A stretch of 64,000 nucleotides of DNA from positions 768,001 to 832,000 of the forward strand of contig CAWFAK010000017.1 in assembly GCA_963813715.1 (NCBI GenBank), read 5' to 3'. The translations under genes were made by a program, and so were the position numbers. The notes under the pieces were generated by a model. The model was not told the origin of the DNA and ran no database searches. It worked only from the letters and a program-made list of their open reading frames with translations. Every line of letters starts with the position of its first letter. Position 1 is the stretch's first letter. This document shows, piece after piece, positions 63,411 to 64,000 of the stretch. The DNA comes from an uncultured Planctomycetaceae bacterium. GTDB taxonomy: Bacteria > Planctomycetota > Planctomycetia > Planctomycetales > Planctomycetaceae.

Positions 63411-63493
63411 GCCGCGACGCAGGAGGACCAGGCACGCGGCTTTGGAGAATTCGGCCGGAAAGGGATTGCCGACGACGCGTTGTTCGTTGCAGC

Positions 63494-64000
63494 TCACCGC
63501 CAGTCGCCGGAAAGGACGAAGGCCGCCCAGTAGAACGGTGAGCCACGTTTCAGGTCGGTGACTTCGTCGGCGGGAATGTCCAGGCCGCGCGAAACAAATT
63601 TGTTTTGCCGAGGATCGTATTCATGGAGCATCCGCAACTGCGCCTGCCGCAGGGCTGTGAGTTTTGAGTGCTTCTTCTGCCAGAGGTTTGTGTAGAACTC
63701 GGTCATTAGAACTCGCGTAGCCTGGTCGTCGACCTCCCACAAGCTTGTAATGCAAGTCCGAGCACCGGCCACCTGAAACGCGCGCTGTAGCCCCACCACG
63801 CCCTCGCCCCCCGCGATCTGGCCGCGTCCCGACTCGCAGGCGCTCAGCACCGCCAAATCCACCCGGTGCAAGTCCATCTCGGATGCCTCCAAGGCCGTCA
63901 GGAAAGCGTTCCCTCTGCCGACGGCTGCCCAGTTGGCCCCGGCAAAGACCAGTCCAGAGCGTATTGCTGGATTAGTCGCGATCGAGGGGCGATTCAACAA
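63494..64000 (-). CDS. CHAT domain C-terminus of a third paralog (continues beyond the window)
   Basis: SGLVFAGAN, LSACESG, YWAAFVLSGDWR. Confidence 0.9.
   Translation of the reverse strand: MLNRPSIATNPAIRSGLVFAGANWAAVGRGNAFLTALEASEMDLHRVDLAVLSACESGRGQIAGGEGVVGLQRAFQVAGARTCITSLWEVDDQATRVLMTEFYTNLWQKKHSKLTALRQAQLRMLHEYDPRQNKFVSRGLDIPADEVTDLKRGSPFYWAAFVLSGDWR

Noticed and set aside
54512..64000. Craspase (type III-E) or gasdermin-associated protease system
   Set aside because: No Cas7-11, CRISPR array or recognisable gasdermin/substrate gene in the window

Overview
High-GC bacterial DNA. The gene families present (DUF1501, sulfatase, kinase-TPR, kinase-STAND-FGE fusions, tyrosine integrase N-terminus type) point to a Planctomycete (inference). 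It is an accessory region. Most long genes carry 1-4 short indels, probably long-read consensus errors, and there are many truly truncated or fused gene fragments. Contents: three large multidomain Ser/Thr kinases, three TPR-CHAT protease genes, an alpha-2-macroglobulin, GH106 and GH38 glycosidases, a two-gene lipid unit, a cold-shock gene, two tRNA 3'-half remnants and a truncated integrase. Strongest observations: (1) an IS110-family element sits in a REP-like hairpin at a duplicated CT core; its left end holds a bridge-RNA-like sequence whose loops match this element's own target and donor, and circularisation would build a sigma70-type promoter; (2) this element interrupts an unexplained strand-biased GGGACAC/REP repeat array; (3) a kinase-STAND-FGE/CLec gene ends in a segment with the codon pattern of a DGR variable region, although no RT or template repeat is in the window; (4) near-identical 126-bp TPR units vary at a few clustered residues; (5) a 25-bp inverted repeat containing start codons could define an invertible cassette. 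All calls were made by eye, with no database searches.
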